From Schmidtea polychroa (taxonomy: Eukaryota), in NCBI GenBank assembly GCA_044892525.1, contig JBJFYX010000106.1, positions 62,001 to 126,000 on the forward strand: 64,000 bases of DNA, in the 5' to 3' direction. Numbering within the stretch: position 1 is the first letter of the stretch; the number at the start of each line of letters is the position of its first letter. A program made the translations under genes and the position numbers. Positions 26,488 through 40,258 of this stretch are shown in pieces. The notes under the pieces were generated by a model. That model had not been told where the DNA came from and did not search any database. It worked only from the letters and a program-made list of their open reading frames with translations.

Positions 26488-28094
26488 TGTTAAATCTTGT
26501 TACTATGGCACTCTCTATTCTCGCTACTATGCCTATATTGTGTAAGGCACGAGTTTTTAAAGCATATGTTTTTGCACAATTCTCGATTATCACTCACGTC
26601 CCAAAGGTGAAGCGATAAATTAAGTCTAACTGCACACAACAACACTTAATATGTACAAACATAGTATGAATATGTTAAAGTCAAACACGTGATGCTTCTC
26701 GCAGATAACAACTAAAACAAGCCAATCAAAAGATGTACAGCAACAAGTCTACAACGATTAGTCAACGATTACAAATGACCTAGGCTGTGCACAATAATAT
26801 TGTTAAAATATTGCAATATATTTTTATTACAATACAATATATTGCAATATATTTTTATTTCAATACAATATATTGCAATATATTTTTATTTCAATGCAAT
26901 ATATTGCAATATATTTTTATTACAATACAATATATTGCAATATATTTTTATTTCAATACAATATATTGCAATATATTTTTATTACAATACAATATATTGC
27001 AATATATTTTTATTTCAATACAATATATTGCAATATATTTTTTTTGATATAATGTATTGAAATATTTGTAAATAATTTGAATTTAAAGTTGATCAATACA
27101 GTAAAACACAATTTATAATGTTTTTATTTTATTAAACTTTCAATAAAACAATAATTGAGATGGAAACTTTTTGTGTTCAATTTCTTTTAATAAATAAATA
27201 TTTATTGTATATAATTATTTATTTTAAATGAATTAATATGGCTTCATTGTTCTATTAGTTCTATTAATTTAATACTTTCAAATGCAATTTAACTTATAAA
27301 AGAATTATCATTAGACTATAATATAACATAATAGTAAGCAATACAATATATTGTTATTGTAACGCAATACAATACAAAAGATTGTTATTGTGACCCAATA
27401 CAATACAATATATTGTTATTGTGGCCTAATACAATACAATATATTGTTATTGTAGCCCAATACAATACAATATATTGTTATTGTGGTCTAATATAATACA
27501 ATATATTGTTATTGTAGCCCAATACAATACAATATATTGTTATTGCTCAGGCAAGCAATATATTGTATTCTTAACAATATATTGCAATATATTGTCAGTA
27601 CAATATATTGTTGCGCAGCCTTGCAAATGACTATTAGATTAGGCTAAGTTTATTGAAGATGGGATGCGGAGCTGCTCGATATCTGGTAAGCTCTACTTGC
27701 CGTGGAAAAGATTCATGAGAATGAGGAGATCGAGCTGTTTGACTTTCTCAAAGCTGATGAGCGCTTCGCGACGGGTGGGACTCTTACACTGGAGGTGATT
27801 GCAGAGGAGATGATATGCGGTGAAAATCCGATGGGAAGCAAGGATGACGATGTAACTGTTGAGGAAGAAGTTGTTTCATACGAGGAAGCTCAGCGCGCCT
27901 GGAGCACCGTACGGAAGTGTAATGCAAGCATGCGATCAGTTAGATAAGGAAATGCACGTGATCCGCCAACCAACAATTCTTGAGAGCTTTGGTCGGATAA
28001 GTAATTTGAGAAAATAAATCTATTTTTACAAACCCTCGCTACTATGCTACTTTTGGTCGATCCTGACAGGTGGCATAGTAACGAGATTTGACCG
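26487..28094 (+). mobile_element. Tigger/pogo-like internally deleted element containing a nested hAT MITE
   Basis: Right TIR gtaacgagatttgaccg-TA and decayed left TIR ttgttaaatcttgttac. 27702-27930 resembles a Tigger C-terminus (FDFLKADERFAT...LTLEVIAEEM...VSYEEAQRAWSTVRK). Confidence 0.55.
26780..27623. mobile_element. hAT-type MITE with 8-bp TSD CAAATGAC and subterminal tandem arrays (about 30-bp units)
   Basis: TSD at 26772-26779 and 27624-27631; termini CTAGGCTGTGCA / reverse complement CAAGGCTGCGCA; arrays at 26805-27040 and 27340-27545. Confidence 0.85.
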
Positions 28095-28599
28095 TATATA
28101 TACCTACTATACTGTTTTAAAAAGACATTTTTCGCTCAACTGAAAAGTTTAGATTTCGTTTTTTATTGTAATCTTATATGTGAAATTTAAATTCATATGA
28201 AAAAAGCAGTGCCGAAAATTCGTGAATATCAAAAATCGATAGTCAATTCATAGTCAAGGTTTTTTAATAAATACAATGGAAAAGAAACCAATGTTGAAAT
28301 TTGAAAAATAAAGTTCTTATAATAATTAATGTAATTTAAACATTTTGTAATTTACAGTTTGTTTATGCTGCTATTCATTGAAATATTTCACCAATTTGTT
28401 GGCATTTACTGAAAAGTTTTATAAATTTGTTGCAATTTCATAAAATCATTTATTAATTGAATTTTATTTGAATAAATAATTTATTATTTTGTTGTCATTC
28501 GCTTAAATAATAAATATTCATATTTCCCCTATTTGGTTATTTGGTCCCTGTAAGGGAACGTATTATATGTGGAACGATGTTGAATTGGTCATTATTATA

Positions 28600-28900
28600 C
28601 AAAGAAAACACAATCAGTTGCAAACAGGTTCGACAACTGATGGCGATTAGTGTTTCATTTCTCAAATGATTCAATATTTTTTGACCAGGTTGAACAAACT
28701 ACTTCCAGAGAAATTCAGCGATTTTGAACGGTTCTGCCTTGGGTACTTACTCTTTGACATGTGAAATGTTCATGATATTGATATACGTACGAAGAATGAT
28801 ATTGAAAATTGGTACACCAGATTTAATGGTCTCGTATAGAGCTCTCATTCTAATATTTAAATCTTTATCAATTCAATAAGAGAAAAGTGGCATTAGTTTG
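28600..28900 (+). pseudogene. MULE transposase relic
   Basis: FSDFERFCLGY...NVHDIDIRTKNDIENWYTRFNGLV..SHSNI..FINSI matches the MULE RTNNxxEGWHxRFN motif. Confidence 0.6.
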
Positions 28901-31900
28901 GATTATGAGAAAACAAAGTTTTGCAGGTAGTATTGGTAAGATTTGTCAAAACGTATAAGCAGAAAATCTTTCGTAGTGGAAACATATTGTTAATTTCATT
29001 ACAAGTGTGTTTGTTAATTTAGATTTTAATACAAGTCAAACTTAATTAAATAATTTATTTATTAGTTCATTTTACGTGTTTTATAAATTGTTATTTTCTG
29101 TAAAATTACAATTGTAATGAACTTTTAGATTCCGCGCGGATAAGGTTATAAACCTTCTTAAATAATATATGGTTAATCCATGATCACAGTGTGAGATGTT
29201 TCCATAAATTAATTGTAATAAAGAAGTATTTTGTAAAGGAAACAATTCTTTTAAAGTAAAAATAATTATCAAGTAGAACTTTCAATTATTAGAATAGTTA
29301 AAATCAAATTTAAAATTACAATAAAATGTCTAATAAAGTTTTATTATATATATAGGCTGTTTTAAAATATAACTGAAATTAATTTTAAAAAAAATTTAAA
29401 AAAATACAGTAATTAAAAATCGTATGTTGAATGCATGTATGAATATTTAAAAAGATCCTGCTAAGAAAAATTTCATAGTTTGGATTTTCTTAACTTTGTT
29501 TAAATATTGGGTAATAAAATATATATTTTTAAAAGCCTGAATTTATTTGTAATTTAATTATCGATGCAATTAACACCCAAAGTTTGGGAAAAGAAGATAC
29601 TAACACATATTAATTAAATTCGCAAAAAAATCTTCAAAAATCAGGACGCTGTGTAATTTATTATTTTTTCGGTGCAGGGGATATAGCTGATTAACTTTAT
29701 TCATTGTAATGGTTATCTTAGATATGTGGATTGAATCGTGGGGCTCGGATTTTTCTAATAACAATGACAACAATAATTTATAATTTTCACCAATCTTATC
29801 AATAATAATAATAATAACACCAATTCCAATACTGACGAATCACTCCAAAAAATAATCAAAATAATAAAAGCCAGATCAAAGACCCCAAAAATTTGTAGAT
29901 ATACTTTTAATAAAATTTTAAAAAATTTTTAAATTAAACGCGATTTTTAAGAATACCTTTCCTAACATAAATTTTAAGAAAATATAAACATTTATAATAT
30001 TATATAACCTTCTAAACATGAAATAAATGATCCCATTGAAACTAAAAATAAAGAAAGATAATTAATTAATAAGATTTACCATAAAAAATAAAAAGTTACT
30101 ATTTTGATCTAAAATAAATAAATTAAATTAAATAAAACATGTCTATAAGACATAGTTAATTAAAATGTCATCAAATGGATAAATGAAAGAACGTAATTTA
30201 ATAAAAAGATATAATACTATTAATAATATTCATAATAGATGATTAAATAATTTTTATTAAAATGTAAAGAAAATAGTGTTGACTAAAACAAAAATTAATT
30301 AAAGTAATTTAAAGAACAGGATAAAGAAATCTAAATTATTCAAATAAAAACTTACCAAACTTTGAACATTATTTGGTAAATCCTTAGAGATAAAATTGGA
30401 CGACAAGAAATTTTTAGATATTTATCTTTCACATAAAATAATTGCGATAAACTATGGGATATAGAAGGTAAGTTCTAGCTAATGAGACTAGAAAACCAAA
30501 ATGGATGAGAATTGAAAAATGAAAAGAAAATAAGGGAAAGAAGAAAGTTAATCTAAATATGGAGAAAGAAAACCATCAATAGTCTAGATTAATTTCTAAA
30601 TCATAAGATAAATTTTTCATACCTTGTATCTGAAGATCGAATTTCAGTTACTATAGTTGTACTCCGAAGGTATTTGTAGTCACCCAGAATCTATTTAGGT
30701 TTCAATTGCAATATCATAAATTATTTTAGTTTCCAGACTATGGTGACATTATAATAACAAGGATAACGTCGAAGAAGAGTCATCAATCACACAAACAATA
30801 TGATTTGTTGGATGACAGAGGAAGGTTCATCGAAAAATTTGAGTTAACGAAATATTATCGAACAGGAGCTAACCAATAACGCGAAAATATATACGCTGAA
30901 AACAGACGAAGGAAAAAAAATGGCAGGAGCAAAACAATCTTTCGTTAATCAATTCTATTCAATCCTAACATTGGATCAGCCCAGTTCAAATTCATTTACA
31001 TTTATTATGAGACTTCTATTTGTTATTTGATATGACTTATTTAATTTAATTTTTAACCTGTAACTTGATTATTGGTATGAGAGGTTTGGATGTTTTGAGT
31101 AGATATTATGTAATTGTTTGATATAATCAGCACTATATTTGTAAATTCGGCTTAATTATTATTTTTAAAAAAATACATATAAATTTAATGGAAATGGTTA
31201 ATAATAAAAGACATTTTCAAAATTGATTAGCAAATACTCTCAAGAGACATAAGATCACTAGACAAAGAATAATGGAAGAAACATATGTCAACTCAACAAG
31301 AATAATTGCGTAATAATAATTAGCACATATTTCAATTAATTAATGCTAAGATTCGAAATAATATTTTATTTAAGGTTAATATAATATAATTATAATATAA
31401 ATAAGATTTCAACATGTTTTAGCAATTAATAATAATGAACACATATTTAGGATTCGCAATTGTGGCTTTATATTTAAATTATTTCTTAATTTCAAGTTAA
31501 ATTATCCTTTTTTACTATAATTATTTTGGCACTTGTATATTTTATTCCCCCCACCTAACATAATTAAGCTGCTTACGTATTTTAGATAGTCAATATTTCT
31601 AGTAAGAAATATAAATATGATTGTAAACAAATAAATTTCGCACTTAATTGACTGATTAACATTTAAATTTGAAATAACTGTTAAAATATCCACAATTCAA
31701 TTTCCTTTTATTAAGTTGTTTGGAAAAACAGGGTTTTTTTGACTTTTTTTAAAAAAATTTTCACGGCACACCTGGGCACCCGCCACGGCACACCAGAATG
31801 ATTCGAGAGTAATGAGCATTTGGTGGAAATGAAGTTGACACGTTGACATTTTTTTGTTACTGTTGAAGACAGAAAATAAGAAACATTATTATCTGCTATT

Positions 31901-32380
31901 CGACAAAATATTGCTGTTAATTGTATTATCACTTATGATTGTTGATCAGCGTACGACGATTTAAGCCAATGCGGATATGTACATTTAAAGGTTAACCACA
32001 GCGAGAATTTTGTTGATTTAATTACAAGTGCAACAACGAATAATGTAAGAAAGATGTGGCAGAAATTGAAAACTCTTCAAAAATTAAGATATGGTCATAT
32101 TGTTCGACTTTGAAGTCACATTTAATTGAATTCATGCGGAGATTAGAATTTAAGAATGTTTATTAATCATATTAATAAAATCTATAATAATTAAATGTTT
32201 ATTGTTAATGTTATTGTTAAATGTTAAAAAATTTTATTATACATGTCAAATATAAATTAGTTAAATTAAGTAATTGATTTATAATTGCTTACTTAAAAAG
32301 CAATCAGGGGGTAATAAAGTGTTCAAGTACCATTATTTTTTTACATTTATTTTAACCGTTGATGCGTTTTAACCTGAACT

Positions 32381-32770
32381 CAACGTCGGATTTAAGAGTG
32401 TGCCGCCCCTAGGTACTTTATAATAATTTTAGTGTAATTTGAATTTAAATAAAAAGAACATTGTATTATTTAAAGATTTTAATTTATTTATCTCTTCAAA
32501 CTCAATTTTCTCTAAAACGCTTAATATCATGTTTTTATTATGTACACACAATAACAAAACAAATATATAAATTTCTATGCCTCTAGAACAAAATTATTTG
32601 AATTTATTTTTTCAATTTTATATTTTCTATACATTCATTTTTAAAATATTCAATCCTAGAGAAACAAAAAATTATTTTTTTAAAAATTTGAATTTTATTT
32701 ATCGGTTACATGCTAATTTTTTGCCGCCCTAGGCATGTGCCTAGTGTGCCTATTTGTAAATCCAGGGTTG
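32381..32770. mobile_element. hAT-type MITE with 8-bp TSD CCTGAACT
   Basis: TSD at 32373-32380 and 32771-32778; TIR caacgtcggattta / caaccctggattta. Confidence 0.8.
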
Positions 32771-33825
32771 CCTGAACTCTGTATTAATTATGTGTAAAAG
32801 TCTGTTATTTGATGTAATTCGTAAATATGTGTGTTGAACTTTTGTTTTGTGGTTTTAAATGTTATAGTGTTCATTTAATTAAATTAAAAAAGAACACATA
32901 TAATTATTATATTTATTTTCTAAATCACAGTTACAAACTCAGCAAATGTTTGTAAAGAGTTTGTAAATGGTTATCCAGGTGGCCAGAAAACCACAATGTC
33001 GTTGAGAATAGTGTCGAACACATCGGCACTGTTGCTTAGAACACGTTTGCGCCACATAAACTCACATAATCACATAAATCACAGATAGCCTTAATAAATT
33101 CATGTTCAATAATGTTCAATAACGTCATCAATAATGTATTCTCTCATTTTTTATATTTTTATTTTAATTGTATTTTATAATTTAATTTTTGGGGGTAAGA
33201 TAACACGGAAGTACCGTCATTTTAATAATATTATCAACATTATTAATAACAGAAATGAAATAAATTTCTAAAAATCTATGAAGTGAAATACAATGTTAAA
33301 AAGGAATTGAGTTTCTTAATTGTATTAAAAAAGGAAATTGTATACATGTAGTCTCTAACTGTTGTTTATTCATTATGGCATACAAATTTTATTATTCAAC
33401 GGATATGATAGGTTAAAGGTTAAAATTAATGGTCTTATTTTTAATTGTAACATATTTCTTAAATATTAATTTAATAATACACAATTACTAAAACATTTGA
33501 ATTTGGCTTCGCGTCTCATCCAATGCATATTGTTCTAATGAAAAGTTTTAGTTCCTGTGTTAAAGTTTATTGGCCGAGAGTATATTATAAGAATTCTCAA
33601 TTAAAATAATTAGAATTTAATGAAAAATTCAAAGTTATTTAAAAAAATTATTTTTAAATTATTGATTTACCAACACATTTCAATCCAATTATATCAAAAT
33701 ATGAATATTTGTGATTTAATCACCGAAATGGGTTTATTATGCTTTTGCTACACACTTGTAATTTTTCTGTTTGAAAATTTTTTTCTAACCATAAATTTCT
33801 GAATCCAGGAATTATTCCCCTTTAA

Positions 33826-34045
33826 CCCTTTATAGGACAAATTAATTATTTAAGTGCAACAAAAGCCTTACTACAAGATGATTTGTATGTAACAACGCAA
33901 ACTTCACGCAGTTAGAACAATAAATTAATCAAAGAGGGTTCTCAACAAAGTATTTATGTATTAAAGTTGATGATTATATGGGCAGTGTTAAAAACATAGA
34001 CCTTAAAGGAACTGATTAATATATTAACCAGGTTTAAATTAAGGG
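33826..34045. mobile_element. Possible piggyBac-type MITE (TTAA-CCCTT...AAGGG-TTAA)
   Basis: TTAA flanks but only 5-6 bp of TIR. Confidence 0.4.
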
Positions 34046-34528
34046 TTAAAATCATCAATTAATTCTAATGCTTTTTTTCGAAGTATTAAAGGAAATTATA
34101 CTTTTATTAATTCTTCTTTCGTTTGTTAAACATTCAATTATTTTTGATTTTCAAATTCCGGTCAGGAATAATATATGAAAATTAGTTGTTTAGGATGCTT
34201 AAGATAAATAAAGATTCACATATTTTTTTCATTCTCTAAGCATTTTGTTGGTAATGCCAACTTTCTCGCAGTTCAAGATATATTTTCTGCATTTTTGATA
34301 AGATTTTTAAGTATATTTTGTAACTTTTTCTGTAAAGTATATGATTGTTTTCCATTCTATATTGATTTTTTTATTAGATTTATAATATAAAAATTTAAAA
34401 GTTGTAAAGTTATTCAATTCCTTTAATATATAATAACATTTCAATATTATAAAATATATATTAAGGATGTTACAATGATCGTAACAAAAAAATTCCTTTC
34501 GGTTTCCATTCACATGTTCCATATTTAA

Positions 34529-34761
34529 CCCTTTCGCACCGACTTTCCGCTAATGACACTATGCTAAATTTATATATTGGAACTCGTTAATATTGACCTA
34601 AATATGAAATATTCTCATTTTTGTAATCGTGGCGCTTCTGAATATCCTAGAAAGTCCTGGGATAATAAGTCCCAATAGACTTTTATGGCTTTTATGAAAA
34701 TATCCCAGTAGGATCATGATGAAAGTTTCTGGGACGTATTGTCCCAATAGGGGCGAAAGGG
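34529..34761. mobile_element. piggyBac-type MITE
   Basis: TTAA-ccctttcgc ... gcgaaaggg-TTAA. Confidence 0.75.
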
Positions 34762-35532
34762 TTAAAAAAATTTAAATCGATTGTTCACGGATACATCAAG
34801 AGCAGTTTTGAAATCAATCCACCTGGCATAATTCTAATGACTATCAAAATCTCTTAATAGTGTTTAAACGATGAGAAGACATGTAGTTCATAATTAATAA
34901 TGATTTTTTAATCCAGATTATCAAGACCTCTTCATTTACCCAATTTTTCTTATTGCACACAACACCGACATCGTTTGGAATATCTTTGCGTGGCATAGTA
35001 ATTCTTTTAAATATAATTGTTAATTGATGGGCGAGTATTAAAGTTTATGAAATTTAAATACTATATAATAGGGAATGATAAACACAGGATGAAACATGTG
35101 TAAAACAAAGGATAGTTATGGGTTTGATATTGGAATTCGAGACTTCGACAATGACCAATGAAAATATATGTTCATTTTATGACAATGCATGATTAAAAAA
35201 TTCAATAATTCCCCATGACAATTCTGTGAAGACTACGATTATTTATGTGATCTTTAACTTATTTATTAATTTTGAGGTATATTTATGCTAATTTTCTTTG
35301 ACTCATCTTCTTGCATATTTTCGAGAGCGGGTAAATTACAATACCTTCGATTCTCTATTGTGCAACTGGGTAAAGAATTAACTCATATTGTTTATTAAAT
35401 CAAAATTTTTATTAATAATATTGAAAGAAAAATAATAATATTAATAATATTGAAAGGAAAGTTTAATAATTAATGATTTCCTTAATGTTGAAATTCCTTG
35501 CACAATTTTTCTAAATTAGGTTGGTATGTTGT

Positions 35533-37837
35533 TTATAATCTGATACAGGCATCTGAATTTTCCAGCGTCAATCTATTCCTCATTGAGTTTAAAACAAATT
35601 TCATTTGTGAAAATATTTGTTCACAAACATAACTGGACCCAAAAGCCGAAAGCAAAGCAAATCCAACTTTTTTTATGGGTAAAAATCTTGGTGTAAGTGA
35701 TGACCAACAATTTTCTATCAGTTTTCTCAAGTTCTGCTCTTAAATCTTTGAATTTTTCTTGCCAGATACTTGAGCTTTTAAAATCAATTAATTCAAGTGA
35801 AAATTTATCAATTTCAAGAAATTTAAAATAATTCATATTTATATCTTTTCATCAATTTCATCGGGACATTTGATAAATGAAAACATTGGACCGCATGTTT
35901 CTAGTTTATCAAATCTGGATGAAAAATCCTCTTTTATATTACGGACATAATTAATGAGCATTTCTAAATCTATATTATCAATTTTATTACTAATTAATTT
36001 GATATTAGGAAAATATTGGAATGCTGAAGCCTGTATATCACTTTAAAAGAGTTGTAACTTAACTCTTCCATTCTTCATACAATTTTAGAATTGTATGTTG
36101 ATTTCCTTGGAAACGTAAATTAAGCTCATTAAAATGATATGTAATGTCCGTCAAAAATCTTAGCTTCAACAACCAGAGTTTATCATCGAGCTAAGGAAAG
36201 TTTTCTCCTACTTCAATCAAAGAAATTTGGATGGAATCAATGAGAGAAACGAATCTGTTCAAAACTTGTCCCCTACTAAGCCAACGAACTTCTGCATGCA
36301 AAAGCAGATCACCATATTTCGCTTCCATTTCATTTAAAATATTTTTGAACGACATACGATTATATTACAATTTAAACTACCACGGTCATAATTTCAGTCA
36401 ATTGTTTGGCAGATGCTTTTGCACATAAAAATTCTTAGTGAATCATGTAATAAAATGATAAAAGTGGACGTTTAAGCCATTTTTACAATAATTTTACAAA
36501 ACCAACATTCTTTCCCAACATTACTGGTACACCATCAGTAGTAACTGAGAAAAGTTTACTTTTTAAATAAAGGGATTTTCCATTTTTAAAATTAATAAAT
36601 GCCATTAATTTTTCAAAAATATCAACGCCTCTTGTCGTACGTGTCATAGGTGCAAGTTCACACAATTCCTCATGTATCTGTGAAGAATTAATAAATCCAT
36701 ATCGTGCAACTATTGCGAGCCTAGAAATATTATTAATATCTGTGCTTTCACCGATAGCGAAGCTAATAACATCACAATTTAATAGATGATCTTTATCTAG
36801 CATATCTTCAATACGGCGTTGAACAGTTCAAGATGACAAAAATATTTCTTTTATACGTTTTAGTATATAGTTTTTATTTTTGAAGTCATCAAAAAGCGAA
36901 TCTGCATACTCTAAAAATGTATTTTTTAAAAACTCATCATCTATAAATGACTTTCCGTACTTGGCTATGTTAAGGGATGCAATAAAACTCGACTTCGTAG
37001 ATGGCTGATGTTTAACTACGAATTGTTGGAGTGAACTCTTTTGTTGACCATATTGGATTACACATTTATTTTATATGTTTTAATTTTTCGTCTACCTGCA
37101 TATTACTGAATGAATTTTTGTGTTTGGTATGGTAATGACGTTCAATATTATATGTTCTTGGAGTTACAGATTCGTTACATAAAGTACACACAGCACTTGT
37201 ACCTATTTTTACACACCCATATGTTTTCTCCCATGGACATGAAAGACTTTTCATTTTTTTTGATTTCGGTTCCATTCCCAATACGTTTAAACCCACCGTT
37301 GGTCGCGCGAGTATTGCTCACGCGGTTGGTCGCGCCTGAGCGAATAGCCGCCTCTCAGTTCTTTACGTTTTTAAGTTGAAATATGGAATATTTATTTACT
37401 TTTTTATTTCTGGTTTATTTAAGTGCTATATAATGTTTCATACGAAAAAAAGGCATAAAAAACCGATAGGGTGAGCGCTGCGCCGCCGCGCGACCAACGA
37501 CGGGTTAAAAATATTAATAATTTAATATTCTTTGCTTTTAATTTATTTCATATTTTAATTAAATACTCACTTAATTAGAAAAGTTTTATTGTAATTGATT
37601 TACTATATAATGAAACAAACGCGTTCTAATTTCAAATATTAATTGTTTTGAGAGCGTTCTAAAAATTTAAAAATTTAATTTTAATATCTTATATTTATCT
37701 TTTAATTTCGTCTTCACTGCATTCTAACAACTTAAATAAAATTAAAAAAAACAAAATTTCTTCAAAATTCAAATTCAAATGAAACTACTTTTTCATTTAC
37801 ACTATGTTATCCGCGGGTAGGAAGTTGCGCACCACTG
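35533..37837 (-). mobile_element. Decayed hAT transposon (SPIN/Buster, GTF2IRD2-like transposase)
   Basis: ATG at 37275, then WEKTYG...AVCTLC...YNIERHYHTKH; FAIGESTDI; VTTDG; LSAFGSSYVCEQIFSQMK...RNRLT dimerisation motif; many stops and frameshifts. hAT-type TIR CAGTGGTGCGCAAC ends at 37837; the other TIR was not found. Confidence 0.85.
37292..37504. mobile_element. GC-rich TTAA-type MITE inserted just upstream of the hAT ATG
   Basis: ttaa(a)cccaccgttggtcgcgcg ... cgcgcgaccaacgacggg-ttaa. Confidence 0.75.
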
Positions 37838-38373
37838 ATTTAAATTAACAATAAAATCCGCGATAACCAAAAAAATAAATAATAATAAACTATAAAAGGC
37901 ATTAATATCTATCATATAACAGCAACATATTAATAACACAATACAATATTAACAGTATGAAATATTTTAATTAAAATCATTTATATCATTTGATCAATAT
38001 TTGAGTAATATTGCTGAGGATATTATTAAAAGTTAAAATAAATTTTGAAATAATAGGGTAGAGTAAAACACTTTGCCATTACAATCGAAGAAAAGTGAAG
38101 AGCTAATTGTCAATCAAAACAATAAAAAAAATAATAATTCTTAAAGATAAACAGTTGAGGACTACTGTCAATTAAAGTTAAGAACAAAATTTCAGTATAT
38201 AAACTGACTATATTCTCAGTCAAATCACCCAAAAATTTGTAAGGCAAGAATTGCAAATTCAGTAATTGATATTATTATACAAATTCTAGCATGCAAAATT
38301 ACATAACCTAGCTGAGGTAATATCAAGTAAAGAAATAGAGTAATGGGAATATAATAAAATGAATTAACTAGAT

Positions 38374-38718
38374 CAAGGGTGGCCAACCTTTTTGGTAAAA
38401 GGGCCATTACAATATTTTTGAATAATGCGGCGGGCCGCAGGTTTGAAAGGCGTAAATTTTTAACTAATGCTTCTGTGCTAATTCCAACTAAGGAACAGGA
38501 GAAGCGCAGTAATAGCCCGTAGTGGGGTCTGAGACAACCGCTAAAAAAACAATAAAGCATTTGCGTGCATGTTAAATAAATTATAGTTTGTATTGTAATT
38601 ATTAACTATATATTCTTTGTGTTGCATTTATTACATTTTTTGTATTATATCGTATTTTAAAGTTTTTATTATATTTTCAAAATATTAAAGCACGCGGGCC
38701 GCCGGTTGGCCACTCCTG
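38374..38718. mobile_element. hAT (Buster/Charlie-type) MITE with 8-bp TSD AACTAGAT
   Basis: TIR caagggtggccaacc / caggagtggccaacc; TSD at 38366-38373 and 38719-38726 with central TA. Confidence 0.9.
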
Positions 38719-40258
38719 AACTAGATCATTGCATAAATTTTATTAAAGGTGAACAATTTTTTTTTGTGTACATAATTGGTTTCATTTAATAAAATCTTTT
38801 AAATCAGTGTTTGCATTTTTATTTATATAATTCATCAAGTTTAGATTCTGGGAACTTCTATATAGTCAATTGTTTTATTTTAATTCCAGTCTAACTCAAG
38901 GCTGTCTTTTGTATTGGTTCAAAATTTATTAGAATAGCTTCGTTCTTACTGATTGTCTAGCGGATTTCTCATCACAACTATACATTTCAGCACTCTTTTA
39001 GTTCGTGTGAAATTTTGCACTCTTAAAAACTTTTGGTTTAGTTGCCGCCTTGAACGATTTTCTTGTCTTTTTAAACATGGATAAAATTACAATTTTCATA
39101 ATATGAATATTAATTTATTCAACTCATTATAACTATATTCAATTTATTTGTATATAAATACATTAACTTATTTATGAAATCTACTAAATTAATTTTTATG
39201 ACTAATGAATGTGAGTTATACCCACAAAATTACGGTATTAGTGTTTTTACTAACCTACTTCATTTCTACCATCCTATAATTTTCCAATGAATTTCAATCA
39301 TTCAAATAAAAACAATGTCATTATTTAAGAAAATCCAAAAATACTAACTATTATTTCATTAAAATACGAATATTAATGATATATTACCATTTAATATTTT
39401 TAAAACTAATGCTGACCCCAATAAAAACATCGACAAAAAATTTTAAACAATTAATAGTAAATTATTCATAATCATAAGTATAACGTATTATAATTAAAGA
39501 AAGTTTTATAATAAATTGTGCCAAATTAAATAAAAATATTAATAATTTATTAGGTTGATTATTCTATAAAATATAAATTAATTATCATTATTGATAATAA
39601 TATATTACATAATAATATATTATATAATATTGTATATAATAAATCTAATGCAAAACTTAAAAATTAAATAATTTGCAAATAATGACTTACTTTTATCGAG
39701 AAAATTTAAAATTATATTAAACTTGCATTATAATATAAATTTTGTTAAATTTTTTTAGTTATCATTCTAAACTAATTTGATTAAATAAACCATTTATAAT
39801 AGCTAACTGCATGTAATAATTATTTAAAACCAATTTTATTTAATTAAGTATTTAATGAAGTATTTTAGAACAATATTACAATTTTTGTTTTATCAAAAAA
39901 TTTATTTGATTAATAAATTTTAATTAATGAAAATCAATTAATTTTCTGCATCAAATTCACAAATAACTTAAAATTTTACATAATTATTACTTGAGAAAAA
40001 CGAAATAAATAACTTCAAATATGAATGAAATGATTATAACTATAATTAAACTAAATCTAATAAATATAGTCAAGACCCTTTGTCAGAAAAATATATTTGT
40101 TTATCCATTACAATGCTTAATTATAAAAGACAAAAATATTTAAATATCTTTGTTAACTTAATAAAATATAGCTAAAATGATGCTAGAATATTAGAGGAAT
40201 ATATATTAATGAAAATATTTTTGCATTTTTATTATAATAATTTAAATAATAATTTAAA

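Noticed and set aside
26787-27060. Repetitive ORFs (YCNIFLLQYNILQ...) and a CRISPR-like appearance
   Set aside because: Tandem minisatellite without unique spacers inside a hAT MITE; eukaryotic context and no cas genes.
38225-38560. 111-aa ORF
   Set aside because: Runs through the hAT MITE at 38374-38718; no protein motif.
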